DNA of 63,693 nt, counting the filler, from Phoronis australis (taxonomy: Eukaryota > Animalia > Phoronida), in the NCBI GenBank assembly GCA_002633005.1. It is 9 parts of 9 records of this genome, joined end to end, with 100 filler letters (N's around TTAATTAATTAA, not from the genome) between each part and the next. Parts side by side here need not be neighbours in the genome. Positions count along the whole stretch, not along the records: positions 8,030 to 35,801 come from NMRA01001310.1; 8 more parts are not named here. One strand, 5' to 3'. A program made the translations under genes and the position numbers. Numbering within the stretch: position 1 is the first letter of the stretch; each line of letters opens with the position of its first letter. The notes under the pieces are model-generated. The model saw nothing but the letters and a program-made list of their open reading frames with translations, was not told the origin of the DNA and did not search any database. Positions 11,101 to 26,100 of the stretch are shown here, one piece after another.

Positions 11101-14100
11101 CCAGCGGGAACAGAACACACGTTACGAATTTAGAGCCCCGCGCACCTAGTTTCTACCCACGCTTCGAAAATGTTTCGTGCACGGTTTCCAAACTCTAGTC
11201 CCGGTCACAGGGAACAGCACAGTGATGAAAACTATTGATTAAAAAGGCATTTAAAACTTAGAGATTAGCTTATCGCAATAAAATCTTGACTTGCTCGTCT
11301 GTCGGTTACGTCAAACCTATCACTGATCAGAAATGGCAGCATCAGAACTTGTATCAGCGGGAGAGACCCCGACCTGTGAAGAAAAACACAGACAAATTGG
11401 CACCAAGCAGGATGACACCGTGGGATCTAGTGATGGTGGCAACTGGACAACAGCAGGTTTTATGGTCCTGGTTGATTACTGATTATCAAACCAGTTACTG
11501 CCATTGAATAACATCTGTTGTTCTGAATTCAGGGACCCATAAATGTGACTGCTACCAACAACTGGCTAGTGATGATTACATGCGTAAAACTGTGGTGGCA
11601 GCTGGGGATGGAGTAAACGTAACGACAGTAGCGACACCTTTATATTCTGCCGCCATGAAAACAACTTCCTTGTTATATATATTCTAAGCTGTCATTTATT
11701 TTTGGAATACCAAGTTTTGAACACAAGAGTACCGAGAGAAAAGGTTTGTGTTTAATTCACAACTTTCAGTTGTTACTGTTCGCGTTGAATTTTTAAAATC
11801 AAACCATTCATCTCATGAAATAATACCGAAATTGAGATGTTTTGGCGCGAAATATTAATTTGCTATTTCTGTGCCACCTATTAACACCGATTGTGGTCCC
11901 GAAGATCGTTAGGCCCACATGGATGAACGCGAGCATGAGTAGCTGTGAGACAATTGAACAATGCGCGTTGATCGTTTACAAAATTACAATACCAGTAACA
12001 TTGAATATTAACTTATTCAAATAACGTCAAACTACTTGAGGCAATGGGAATTAAAACTACAGAATAAGCATTACAATTACATTAAGTTCTGACTATGTAA
12101 CAAAACTGGGTACAATATACTTATCCCAATTTGCAGCATAAATCAAGACGAAACTGGAATATACTAAACTCGTCGGTAAGGACGTTGAAATATGAATGAT
12201 TCAAATTGGCGTGTTACATCTATAAACCATGGTCTGCCAAGCAGTCTTACATATCCAAAATTCCATTGAAGAATTGGTCACGTGAAAAATAGACGCTGTA
12301 GAAGCCACATAGCAAACACATAAACCACCAACAGATGGCGACTAAAGTCAAACTACTAACATAGAGTGCATCGGCACTTACCCCGATTAATGTGGGTTTT
12401 ATGGGAGAAATTCAGAAACGCAAAGCGGGCCTCAGAACAAAAATCCTAATTCATACGCTCAACCGGTAAAGACACGTGCACTTAGCTACACCATATCCTG
12501 TATAGATGAACTTTTTAAAAAGTTTATAATTTAACACCAATAATGACTTTTTAGTAAAATGTATCTTCTTAGAATTCCTGATCTTTTTTAGAAAATTCAT
12601 ATTTTATTAATTGACGCACCCTTGTTTTCATAAACGTGGTCGTTCCTTTAAAGACTTGTGTAACTTTTATCGTCCATGGTGTAGAGATAGAAATCTGATC
12701 ATTCAAATAGTTCACACCGCGCATAGTTTTTGAGGTTTTTGTTAGCTAATCTGAAATGAAGTCCACAAAATGTAACTAAATAAGCACTTCTTAAGCTAAA
12801 TAGTCGCGAATTTTTTTTTTTAATTTGAAGAAAAATCAGTTATTTCTCAGTTTCCCGAAAACGATGTAATGGGTGGATGACATTAAAAATGACTATGTAT
12901 AAAAACCAACAGGTAGAGTCTATACCCAAAATCTCAGATTTTTTGAGACTTATTATTTCTATTTTTATGACATGGACCTCCGTTTTGCAACAAAATTAGT
13001 TACCGAAGTACATGTAGATATGGTTAAATACATTTTACTAGCATGTATACATGTACATGTAGCTAACAAATGAGTGATGCAGGTTTAAAGTACTATGATG
13101 GAATAATTTAATGGCATAACATTCAAAATTCGTTTTCAAATTTGTACATGTATGCTTTTATTTTGTGTGGCAAAAATGGTTATTTTGCAGGTTATTACTG
13201 AAGCCATTTTCGGCCAATTTTGGCACTCTGGTAGCAGCCATAGTGTACCTTTTCAAAAATGACCCTATAATAATTTGTTTAGTCATTCCTTACCTATCCA
13301 TAATCTATAATAAAAAATCATGCCCCTCCAGTAGTTTTGGCATTATACCAACTGCACTCCGTCCTATGGGTTTGTTCTCAGTTGCTTCAACCACCAATAG
13401 GGAGCCTCTTGAAACGTGTAATTAGCTAGCAAAACTGACGTAAAAAGGTTGAAAAGCAGACAGCACTACTAATTACCATTCTCTCAAAACCACACTGATG
13501 ATATTCATTATTACAAAAATTATGTTCATAAACTGTGACTGGCATGCGTTCTTCGGCTAAATGATAGACGGCGTCGCTAATTGTTTACATGGAGACAGTG
13601 TTTACGCGACTACCAGCCAAATCTGCTTTACTCGTGTTTTTTATCATCGTTGTAAGAGCCACTGGCATAGAAACTGAGGCACCTAAGGGGGTTATGGCCC
13701 TCTGTTCAGTGCAAATAAATCTTCAACTAGGTCAAAACTCATCGTAATGTTGCGTTCATATTGTAATATCCCCAATTTTTTTGATGACTCAGTTCATGAT
13801 AGACATTAAGTTCAACACAACGGTCTGGACTTATTTCAAACATACCGAGTTTCCGATTCTGTGCCGTAGCAAGGGGGGCAGATGACTCCGGACGACTTCC
13901 GAAGGGGGGGGGGGCGTTGCTTAACAGGTGACATCCAATGAGGGCACCAATCATCTGTTAACTGAGGGATTACAAATTGCACAGCTGGATGGGGACGCCA
14001 TTTTGTGAGGTGTCCACGGGGAGCAAGGAGGTGCATGCTACGGCCACTGAATTGATTACTGATAATTTACCTCAACTACAAATTACGATTAACTAAGACA

Positions 14101-17100
14101 AAATATATACCGGTAATATATGTATATATCGAACACTAGGAAAGCAAAGTTGAGTCATTTAACTCAAACTGTGACACAATTGATCTTGTGTCTCTTGAAG
14201 TCGAAGGTTCCGGGTGGTACCAATTCAAGGTCTGGCCTAACTGAGCCAAGATCCACCCTGAAATGTTGAGGTCAATACCTCATTCAGAATTTCTTCTGGA
14301 ACATCATGGGGGAAAACCGGGACCAAATTCTCATCGGTGAACATCACATATAATTTGACGACTTCTCAGTCAAAAATTTACCTATCCTGGCTAGTACGAG
14401 CCCATACTCTGCCACTGGCCTTGATTTATGCGGTACATTACTTTACAGTACGTGAGATGTTTTGGAGTGTCTTTAGCATGACTGATTTCAATTGTTTGAT
14501 TATTATCTAAACAAGCAGAAATTACCCTCGTTCTTCATTTCGTCTTTAAGAACGTGAGAGCCCCAAAGCCAGTATTTACCAATAACAGTTCTTACAAATT
14601 CAAACTTCAAAGGGACTAATTTCCATTTAATGACCACAAATTGTCAAAAAATGATAATGGGAGAAAACAAAAGCTTACACATACATTTTTTCTATATATC
14701 CTCAAACCTAATGTCAACTGACTCAGTGGGCAAAGGTCATCGGGTTTAGTTTTGATACTGATCACGTAATACATCAAGAAAACAAGTGTTTGCATTTGAA
14801 AGACCTTAGACTTGATTTTTACAACGATCTGAAGCAGATTTCTTTGTAAACATGGTCGTCATTTCCAAAATCGACAGTTGTGCAAGACTATTTTCACTAA
14901 TTGTGAAGTTGAGGCAAGATTTTTATTACTTATTCATGAAGATTATTTCTATAACGGTATGTTCTAAAAGTTACACAAGGCAGCAAGTTGCTATATGGCG
15001 GTAAGAAGGTCACAAAAACGGCCACTAAGATTAACAACAAAAACTGATCTGTGGATTATCTCCCATGTCTAGCACAAAGCTGACAGATCTTAAAAAATGC
15101 CGCAGAATTATGGATAGTATACATGGGCGCATCCAGGGCTGCTCGGGGGGCTCGATTGCATAGGGCAAAAAAGGTCCGCCTCAGTGAAAAAGTCCGATTA
15201 AATGACACAACAAAAGTCCACAAAGGACACTGGATGCACAGTGTGTATGCCTGAACCTAGTGGCCCCCTTTTTAGTCATCGTAGATTTTCTTCAGTAAAA
15301 GATCCCCATATCGAGAAATTCAACCCCCCCCCCCCTTTATTGGAAGCTGGGTGCGCGCATGGTATACGTTGGTTATTACAGTCATCAAGAGTATAACTTT
15401 TGATCTATTTTGTAAGTTACTTATTTTCGTTGCTGAAAACTTGGAGATGGCTAGTACATGTATGCCCAATTGTGCCAATTTGTGGTCTCATTTTCCAGCG
15501 GCAAAATTAGGGGTCATAGAGTGCACATAATTTGGCATTTATTTTTTTGTTAAGTTACCTATCCCTGTACAAAAACTGAAGTTGTTTTGAGTTTTGACGT
15601 AGAGACTGATTTTTGAATATCAACTGTTTTTTACATGGACTGCCTCTGAAGTCACATGACAATCATATTGCTATGGCGGAACACAGCATATCAGAAGGCG
15701 GGGGCGATTTTGAGTGAGAGCTGGACAATTATTATGAAGACAGAGAGAAGAGGGGACACAGGCATCACACTCCAGTACTTAAAGAATCCAACAATGAATT
15801 CGATTTCCCACTCAGCGAAATTTCGTCGGTTTCGAGGTCGCATGAACCCGACCCTCTTGCACCAGAAAGTCTCCAAACATTTTTGAGACACAATCAACTG
15901 AACCAAGGGGTGGTTAATTTTCACAAAAGTAACACTTAATAATCACTGACATGGACCACCGTAAACCTGGGTCACTCGTGTTCACTCTTGCCTTGATGGA
16001 ATGAGCACGGTCCAAACACATTACATACATGTAAGCCTCCGTGTCGTAGCACTGGATCTGGGCCGAGGTCGAGGGCCTGGCATCACTTGCCCTAAAATGG
16101 AAGCTGTTTGTTCGTCATTTGTAAAATTTGCAAATACACTTAAAAGATGGCTAGTCCTTCATCGCAACGTCGCATTTGTGTTTGGTCGAAACACGATTTC
16201 TTGAAATGTGTCGAACAAAGTGTGGCTTCGGACTGATTCGCATGTTCTACACTAGCATTCCACTCTCGTGCGGCGCACAATTCGATGCCATTTCTGTGAA
16301 GCTTCCACGTATGTAGGGAATTTGAACACAGAGACGTTCTCGGTCAAATTGAAGTTACTACAGCCTCCACAAACGCATCTTTTCACGTCTGAAAAGGGCA
16401 GCTCTCCGCCGACTTTCCTCACAACTACTTAGTACCGCACTGGTAAAAACAAAAATGGCGTGGTGACGGTCTTCCACCCATTACGTACAACCCCGGTAAC
16501 AGAAAAATATTTTTTAGAATTTTTGGCTTGTTTCTTAGCAACAGGTAAACTAAAGGCTCTTAAATCTCTTCAAATGTACATCGATTAATAAATATCTGTT
16601 TGAGAAACAGGCTCATGGTGAGAGCTCTTTAAGCTACTGGTAACAGGAGTTTCAAGTGTGCCATGAAACTGAAACGCTCGCACGTGTACATGTTAATTTT
16701 CCCGCGTAATTTGGTTTTTTGTTTGATTTCTAGGCACCCTTGGGAATGTTACAAAGACTGTATAGGCGCCCGGTTCCTAGGACATACAGAATACATGGGA
16801 GACGACTCAAACACACCGCAAAAATGTATTGTAGCCTGTGGCAAAAGAGGATACAAATACGCCGGTGTTGAGTTTTCAAACGAATGCTTCTGTGGAAACG
16901 GATTTCCAAGCGGCCGTTTGCGACCACGGCACGAGTGTAACAAGAGATGCAGTGGAAATAACGAAATTTGCGGAGGGGAATGTAGAATTTCTGTTTACAA
17001 ACTGGGTAAGAGGTGTGGATTTTTTTCATTTCAATGACAACAATTGAAGTAGCAACTTCTTTTCAAAGGTCTGCAAAACCTCAGGGATGAGATTCTCATT

Positions 17101-20100
17101 GAGAGTGTATACCGCTATAAAAACGGGGGTGTTTCATAAAAATTGAAATTTGGCTCTAAACAGCTATTTCTGAAAACTAATTAAAAATCACCTATAATGA
17201 GCAAAAAGTAAAGCATCCGAAAATATACAGATAACTGCCCGTTACTGAGATAGTGTCTATGAATTGTTTATAGAGAGCGGAGTGCTGATAATTACTTGGC
17301 TAAGTCCTTTTTCAGCAATTGTGAAGTGGTAGCGTAAGACCAATTTCTGTTTTGAGTTTCAAGTCACATTCATTAAACAGATCGCTGATCTCAAATTGTT
17401 CCCGAGATAAGAATTTTCTTTCCCTGGCTTGTATGGAACTGACTGCTCACGATTGGTTGTAACCGAGCTCGGTGAATAATATAATCGAACGTGAAAAGAC
17501 ATCTAGTAGGTCACAAGCAATGACAGGCAATCCTCAAAATCACCTTCAATTTCACTAAATAATTGTTTTGACGAAACGGTCGCAATGAAAGATCCAGTGA
17601 ATCGAACGGCAAGTTTTTGTGACGAAACACGGCTTTTACACGTTTTCAAACAGGACTGTTTTTAAAAATCTTTTTCCAAAATTTCCCGGATAGAAATCTA
17701 ATTATGCTTGTAACTATATGTGCAAACTTACACTTAGAATTGGTACGGTGAATAAGTTAGGACATTGAAGAAAAATGCTATTCCACAGGGCATATTAGTA
17801 TTCGACCATGGCGGATTACTATTTTGCCCGGGCGGAATACTAGTCTGCCGGGTAGAATAGCAGTTTTTTTTCTCCAATGTTCTGAGTCACCATAGCTCGC
17901 ACACTTCAGGGTATTTCTTTATTCACTTCACCAGAGGTAACATTCTATTGGCTTGTACCACTCACGAGATATCCCCATAGACGGACACAGCCAACCACAA
18001 ACATATCGTTTGGATGGAGTTTCTCAATGTAAAAAGGAGATTCCTTTAAAAGTAAGCGGAAATCGCAAAACTTTTTTTTTCAGAAGTTGTATAGTATGCT
18101 CGACCTTTCCGGTCGGACGTCATGTGAGCATTACGTGACTTATCTAGGTGGTCGTTAAGGGTAACAATACAGTAATTACAATCCACTTATCGCCAGCTCT
18201 CCCCCATAAAAAGTGCAGTGCCGCAGTTGCAACGTCGTTTTTGCCAAAAATAAACTTTCCATGGACATTTAGAATTTGACAAATATCGCATCTAAAGAAT
18301 ATTGGGCGTACGACCTTCGAAGAAAATATTTGTTGGTTATGCATTACTTTATGGCATTTTGTTATTACTGGCGATGTCACCCGTTAAAGTAGATTCTTTT
18401 GCTCTCCGCTGCAATAAAGGAAATCACAAAAGTAAGCCTTGAGAGAAACATTTAATAATATATTTTTAGATTTCTGGACTGAATGGATGAACAGAGACAC
18501 GCCAAGAGGATGGGCTGATTCAGAACCTGCAACGGTAACTAAACATATGAACTGTTCGCCATCTTCTGAAAAACATTAATCAATGCAGGAAGGTTATGAC
18601 TTTGAAACTGCCTTTTAAGCTGCACACAACGTCCATTCTAACTTTTATATCAGAAAACAGGCTTTGTCAACTAGTGAAAATATATATTTTCTGAAAGAAA
18701 AAAATCAGGATATACATTTTATTTTTGTATGTCATCATTGCTATTGCTTTAACACCTCTTTATATCAATATTTCATTTTTAAAAAAATTATAATTCGCAG
18801 CAAAATAACGCCTCGATTCCTAAGTTCAAATTAAGACGAAGCCAAAATATGCCAATTAATTTCGCATATATGAAAATCCGTTGACAATCTCAAGTTGCTC
18901 GGTTAATTATTTGCTGAAAACCTGTTTTCGGTCAATACAACCTACACATGTGATAATCATGTTCTTTATTTCAACGTTCTCTCGCAATGTTAACTGAATT
19001 TGCAATGCATAATTAACTTATTATCAGCTAACATTTTAAGCTTGTTACTGTTTCCCTTCCGGTAAGTAGGTCAACAGTTCATTACACACCACGCGACATG
19101 AGACTACCTGATATGAAACCAAGAACGAAATGGATAATAGAAATCAAGTCCGTTGTTAAAACACGTCGTGAGCATGAGATTGGAACAGCGAAATGTCAAA
19201 TTACTTATAAAATTAAGGAGTCTTGGTGAGAATTTATCTCTTTGCAAAACTTGTGTCTTTTCAGGTCGAAGTTTGCGGTGGACTAATCCCACTGAAAGCA
19301 AAATGTCGTGTCGGAAATCATGGCACCGAATTTTCCATGACAACTCCTGACCACTTAATTCCAGGGGAAATGGTACTTCGACATCAGTGCACACCATCAA
19401 AGGGACTGCTTTGCGTCAACTCTGATCAGACCTCCAACTCTTGTTTAGACTTTCAGATAAGATTTTTCTGCTCTAGAGGTAAGCTGCGTTGATACGTGTA
19501 AACAAAATCTTCGATTTCGTTATAGAGTCAGATACAGTCACTGGTAAAAATATCCTCTCCTTTGGTTACAATTTTTTTCTTAAAAGGATGCCAAATCTTA
19601 TATTCGTGATTACACCCAAAAGTGTTTTTAACACCTGCCGCTGCTTAAATAGCACCTTCCCTGAGTGATAACGACCCTGTTCAACTGATACTTGATTCAC
19701 GAGAGTAGCAAAGATGCTAACACCTTCAGTGGGATCCTCCCGATTTGTCATGGACCCTAGGTGTTCCGGGTTTTATGTGTTCCGGGTTCTATGTGTCCCG
19801 TTACATGCATATCGGTGTTCTAGGTGTCCCGAGTTCTGTGTCCATATTTCTGCATGGGACGGGGTTCGTTAAGCTAACAAATTTTCCGGGCTCTCGGTAA
19901 GGGTTTTCAAACTTGGTCAGCTGTGTTGAAGATTGAGGTAAATTAACATTAATTTGTTTCAAAGACACAAATGATCTATTAGTAGACATTGGGGTTTAGT
20001 TTCCTTTTTAGTTAAAATGCATATAGTGTAGTCATCCATAAATTGAATCAAATTGACGGTAACCGATGTAGTCCGAGTGTTCAACAATTTGTGCACGCTA

Positions 20101-23100
20101 TTTGAACCTGCAGGACGCTGATTACACGTTGTCACAGATCTGTTGTGCCTTCTAGTGCCTGTGGTGTGACGTGCATGATGCAGCAACTTGCACTGTGTTT
20201 TTTCGGCGATATTCAACCTATTCAGTCCATTAAAATTCTACATGAGGTCAACTCCACATGAAACTTTTGTGACCAGTTTGTAACTCTGACAGAGGGCACT
20301 TTCCTTGTACCAGATTTAGGGACTGTTAAAAGAAACACGGTCTATTTATTATGATTCAAGTGCATAGTTTCATGTAATACAATAAAAATGTATATCCGAA
20401 ACAACGCTAATCCAAAACAAACCTCTAAAAGGAAGTAAAGAAGTCTAATATCACATTCCCCACCCCGATATCGGAAAGCTTATTTGTTCCACCAAGACAA
20501 ATGAGAGGGGTGAATAGGACCAGCGTTTAAGTTGGTTGCACGTACCGACCAAATGTTGTATCCCCCTGGAGTTCCGGTTATTACCATATTTATTTAGTTA
20601 TTATTTATTTATTAATGTAATAATTACAATGAGGGTAGCCCCATCAGTTCACACTGCTTTCCATGAGGACCCTCAGTAAAAACATTGAGACAGTAAGACA
20701 AACTAACAGAATTACAAAATGAGAGACAATATTTAAATAATCAATAAAGAATAAGAAATAACATGGAAAGATCGATGAAACAAAATAAAAAATAGAATAT
20801 GATGAACCGAAGATAAGGAAAGTAAGACAAGATGATTAACTAAAGTATAAATATAAATAATGAAAAACGGACAATAAATATTTGTCAAAAGTAAGACATA
20901 ACATATATATACACACATGTATACACAGAACACATCTACATGAATTTAAATCGATTTCTTATAATTCTTTTAAAGGTCATCAAGGATGGTGAAGATTTGG
21001 CATGGGCAGGGAGAGTGTTCCATAAATAGGGCCCGCTGTTGGAAAATAATATTTTCCCAGTTTCGTTTCTGGGTTTCGGAAGGTTGAAGTTGGTTGATAA
21101 TGAGAAGCTAGTGTTGTAGCGATTAGTATTCATCTTAAACTTAGCGCTTAAGTATGTTGGGACAAGACGTTTAAAACACTTGTACATACAACAAGCAGAT
21201 AGGAATTGGTGTCTTGTGTGTATTCTCATTATTCCAGTCTCCATATGAAGGTTTTCAATTTTAATATCCCTCACACCAACTCCCAGAATAATCTGGGCAG
21301 CCATATTTTGAATACCACTTCACTGCAGACATCACATTGTTCTTTCAACGCTTTACTGCACATCAAAATTAATATTCGACAGGTTCAGGCTTACGTCCTG
21401 TCACGGAAATTATGACTACAGAAATTACGGATTTTAAATGAACATTTTTATTTGCTTACTCTCCTCAGAGATTCATGAAACTTACTGGAGATAAGAAAAA
21501 AGATGCTCACACACATACTCACATCCTCGCAATTTTCCAAGTCTCCAACATAATTTTTTTTGGAGACCTCTCCATTTCCGACTTAGGAAATCCCCATGGA
21601 CTTATTGTGAGTTTTGTTATTACAGCATTCTTTTCGTACATACGACGGTCTATTCTGTGCTTTATGTTTTCATTGACTCTTGGGATGAATCAATTGAAGC
21701 GCCTGATGTAACAAATTTCTCATCAAAGCTTCGTGAATACTTGGAATAGCAAAGTTGCAAAGCATTGCAATACTTATCCCTATTTTTCTTGTTAATGCGA
21801 CAAAATGTTTTCATTGGCTATAGGACATACTTGTAAATTCGAACGGCAGTGGGGGCAAAAGTATTTATCTACGCTGTTTAGACCACAAACGGTCGCATTC
21901 CTCCGAATCAAAGATAGTTATCAAGAGCCTTCGAAACACAGAGTGTCAAAATATGAGAAACATTCTTCAAAGACACGAGAACGAGAATTGGAAGCCACGT
22001 GAAATGAAGTTAATGAGGGGCACATTTTTAGATATCTGTGATTAAGAGACAAGCCTTTGGATCTTACAAGCCACTCTTCTGTGCCAATATCAAATTGTTT
22101 CTCCGTGTATCCCTTACCGCTGTCTACATCGCAGTTTCCTACAACTTCGTCATTATAACCACCCCTGACATTCTTATCTTTCTTCACAGAGTCTGTCCTT
22201 CCCACTGCCATCATCGTTGAACATCCTGCAGTACCATTCTATCCAATCTCATGGCTCAAAGGGTGAACCCATCTTATCTCTATGTACGCCATGTGTTTCA
22301 TAATTGCCATTTTCATGGGTTGCAGAATCGGCAAACCAAAGCCTCTGGAAAAATTGTGCAAAGCGCCACTGCAACCAATAGCATTTTAATTATATTTTAT
22401 CAAGTGTGCTTTGAATATATGCATAAGCAGTCATAAGATGATGGGACGAGTAAGCCACAAACTTTTACAGCGGAAAGGGTGTGTACTTGGAAAGGCTGCA
22501 CAAAGTGGTTCAATGCTCGGCCGGGCAGGGTAAATACTATTCTGAGAATGTCCGAGCATTTTTTGCTGATGACACTAAAACTGATCTCGTTATCCTCACC
22601 AGATGTTAGCGTCCGTCGCAGACAAGGTTATTGATAACAATAAAGCACTAATCACCTCCTCAGATTTCTTCTCTGACGTTGTATTCCTACGGGTATGATC
22701 CATGATCCTGTGAGGTGTTGTTATTTTCTATTGACGTCATTGTGGTGACTTGTGGCCGGTGCTGGACTGCTTTATGGTTTAGGGGCTCGGGCGTTTTGTT
22801 AGGGCAATGAGCTTAATTGTCTTGAAATCCGTGGTATACTCATGATATATTTTACTTAGTATGTTGGTTTTCATAGTATTATTGATATTATTATTTCATT
22901 CGTAGAGTGTTGATGTTTAAAGTAACTTATTTTGGTTTTCAGAGGAGTCAGTGGCCCATGCGTTGTATCTACACATGTCTTGATTATCTCTCATTCATAG
23001 AACTATTGCCTTAAGAGAGTTGGCAAACACAGTGGAGTCCATATGATTGCTGCGAAAGTTCCTAAATCTATTTGCTGTTATTTCCTATAGAACCTTGAAT

Positions 23101-26100
23101 CATGAAGCTTAGTGCATGCAACCCACACATTTGTAACTTTGTATATGAACTTTTTACGTGTCTAATAGAGACAGTGCTCATTTTGCTACTGCCTTTGCAA
23201 GTGTTCTACACTTAACTAGGGAATATAATCATCTCATTGACGCAATGTATAACAAAACGCTACTGCTGCGTTCATCTCTAATCCTCAAGTTATACTACAG
23301 AGCTAATTCAGCCCCTTGGGTACGGTGGCCTTCTTTTAATGTTTGGGACATTCGTCTTTTAGGGGAGACGAAAGTTGAACACTTTATTACAGGTTATGTA
23401 CACCTCTCTTTAAATTACTTTTTATGCGCCCACATGTTTATATGTGGTCGCATATTGCCGTCATCTCTGTCTGAGCGTCTGGGCGTCCGTGCGTCAGGCG
23501 TCCGCGACTCTATCTCCTAAACCCCCTTGCAGGATCGTCTTGAAATTGGGCAGGTGTGTTCCTATGGGGTCTACGACAGAGGGCGTCGAGTTTGGGACCG
23601 ACCTAAAAGCACACCATTTGTGATGCAATCGTGGGCGTATTTCAACGCTCTGCGTTGCTCTTATTTCCTCTAGCAACGGTCGGGGCACTCTGCTCGTACT
23701 CTTGACCTAAGAAATTGGCGTTGCTGCAGCCTTGCTCAGGTCCTGTAGCGATCAGTAATTCAAGTTGATAATTTTTTTAGGCGGTATCGCATATAAGAAA
23801 GCTGCAACTCAGTCGAGTACCTACCCAGGTGGCTACGCATCTCTAGCTGTCGATGGGTTCACTTACGCAAATTATCACGCCAAGTCGTGCAGTCACACAG
23901 AAAGCGAATATCACCCATGGTGGAGGGTGGATTTACAAAGTGTCCATGTCATCACCAGTGTAACCATTGCCAACAGAGGAGACAACGATTGCGGTGAGAT
24001 GTCTCTTCACGAAGGGCTGTTAAAATTGTCGACACGCGCGTTGTTTTCACCAGGCATTTTAACCGTTTGGTCGTAAAGATTTTGGAATTTCCGCTGATGC
24101 CGAAGCAATTTTCCTTTAGTGTCAAGTTTCAAAGAAACGTTCTGTCAACTGCTCGTCATTTCACCGATTGTTTTCTCACAAGGCAAAGCACGTCTCGTTA
24201 TTTGATATGACAATACATAGACGTAGCACTTTTCATTGGTATGAAAAACGTGACCTTTGATTCGTTGAAATAACCAAAACAATTGTACTTTTCAAGTGTT
24301 CTCTGGGTAATTGTTTGAGTACAAACGCACATATATATTTATAGGGGCAAAGAATTTGAAAACTTTATTTAGTTGAAATGTTTTACATTTCGTCTGTGTT
24401 TAAAAATACTGAATCTGAAGATTTGTAGACATTTTGCAGTATTCAAACTGAATAGCTCTCGCGTTAGTAACACCAAGATGTAGATTCGCCAAGATCTGTT
24501 TTTAAACAGGTATTTTTGACGAACTTTCTAGTTCCAGGCCTCCTTAATGTTGTGCAAGACCTTATCAGGAAGTTTACCCATTTACATGTAGCAAAATATC
24601 TAGAACACTCTATATTTTAACTTTGTAAAAGTATAAATTTCCCGAAAGTAGAGAAGCTGTATAATTGTTTTTTTTTTTGGCATTTTATAAATCTGTTATT
24701 ATATGACTCACTTGTTGTTTGGCAAACTGTGGACTTGGTGATTTTGTTGTAGGAAAACGTCTTGGAGATCTGTACGTTCGAGTAAAAAATAGCACAATGT
24801 TTTATTCCGCAAGTCAGTTGTGTAACTCTCACACTCCGACTGTCGGTGAGGGAGCAAAAATCACCATCAACTGCGGTGCTCCAGTATTTGGTCGATATCT
24901 TACGATACAGATGAAAAGGACAGATTACCTTACATTGTGTGAGGTTGTCGTCGAAGGTGAATGACTGTGTTAAGACCATTTTGTTATAAGCTGCTTCAGT
25001 CCCTTGTCAATCAGAAGTCTTCCTTGAAAACAGGGCTTAAGTTTCAACGCATTCTGGAGCACATTTCGTAACATCGATGAATCACAAAAACAAATTACTT
25101 GCATTGCCCTGTCGACTATTACCGCTTTTGGATTTGAAAAGTGATCTAACCATTGCACTTACAATTAAAATTAGTTACAAAAGACATTCTTGAGGAACTG
25201 ACCTAGTATTTGCTGCTTTTGGACTTCTTATTTTGACCAACGATTTAGCAAAATACCAGCAGAGCCAACACAATGAGAACGGACTGCAACATATACTGTT
25301 GAACTTTCAGGTTGCCCACTGCCGTTGCCTACTCACTGTGCAACAATGGAATGTCCTGGGGGACGCAAAATGTGCACTAAATGTATACTCCAGTCAACTT
25401 CCGGATCTGCTTTCCATTTGTCTGGTGGTCAATGTCTGCGTAAGTCTCGTAAACAGTATTTGCTATCAAGCATCTAGCACATGATCAGTTTATGGAAGAA
25501 TTTGCATAACACTCGCATGTACGAATGTAGTCTCGTTCCAGTAACGCTGCGAAGAAACTGTCAATGTTCCTGTCAACAAGTGAGGTTCATCATTTCCTTC
25601 TTAAGATCTAGTATTTCAATTGTTTTGGGAACACATAATTTTACCAAGTATAGCAAATTTGTCTTCAAAAAAGCCTGTGATGCCTTTGCGCATCTTTTTT
25701 AGCAACCTGCTCCTGGCTGGACAATGCATGGTGCTGGCCGGGATCGTGCAGCAACCGAAACCTGTTGGAATCGTGCCAGTGTAAGCCAGGCTTCTACCGC
25801 GACTTGTCCTCAGGAAAATGCGAATGTAAGCTAGCTCTCTGAAATCTCATTAAAACTTGGCAATTTTGTCACAAGGAATGGTACTCTGTCGCTTGGTCAC
25901 TTGAATTGCCCATGCAATCACTCGGTTTGATTAATAAATTTACATTTGTGTGACTGCTCAAAGGCATTATTTGTTAATTAATAAGGGAAATTGGATTTTC
26001 TGTAGAGTGCACTTTACTTTAAACCTCTTTTTTTTCACACACTCGTATCTCAGCAATCCTTTGCGTGATCTTTTTCTATATGTACTATGACAGATTGCTG

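Noticed and set aside
15650-15915. Extra exon of the lectin gene (coding-like, with REKR)
   Set aside because: In-frame TGA, and no phase-2 splice sites that fit the gene model.
23975-23983. Integrin-binding RGD
   Set aside because: It is the RxD part of the F-type lectin sugar-binding motif.
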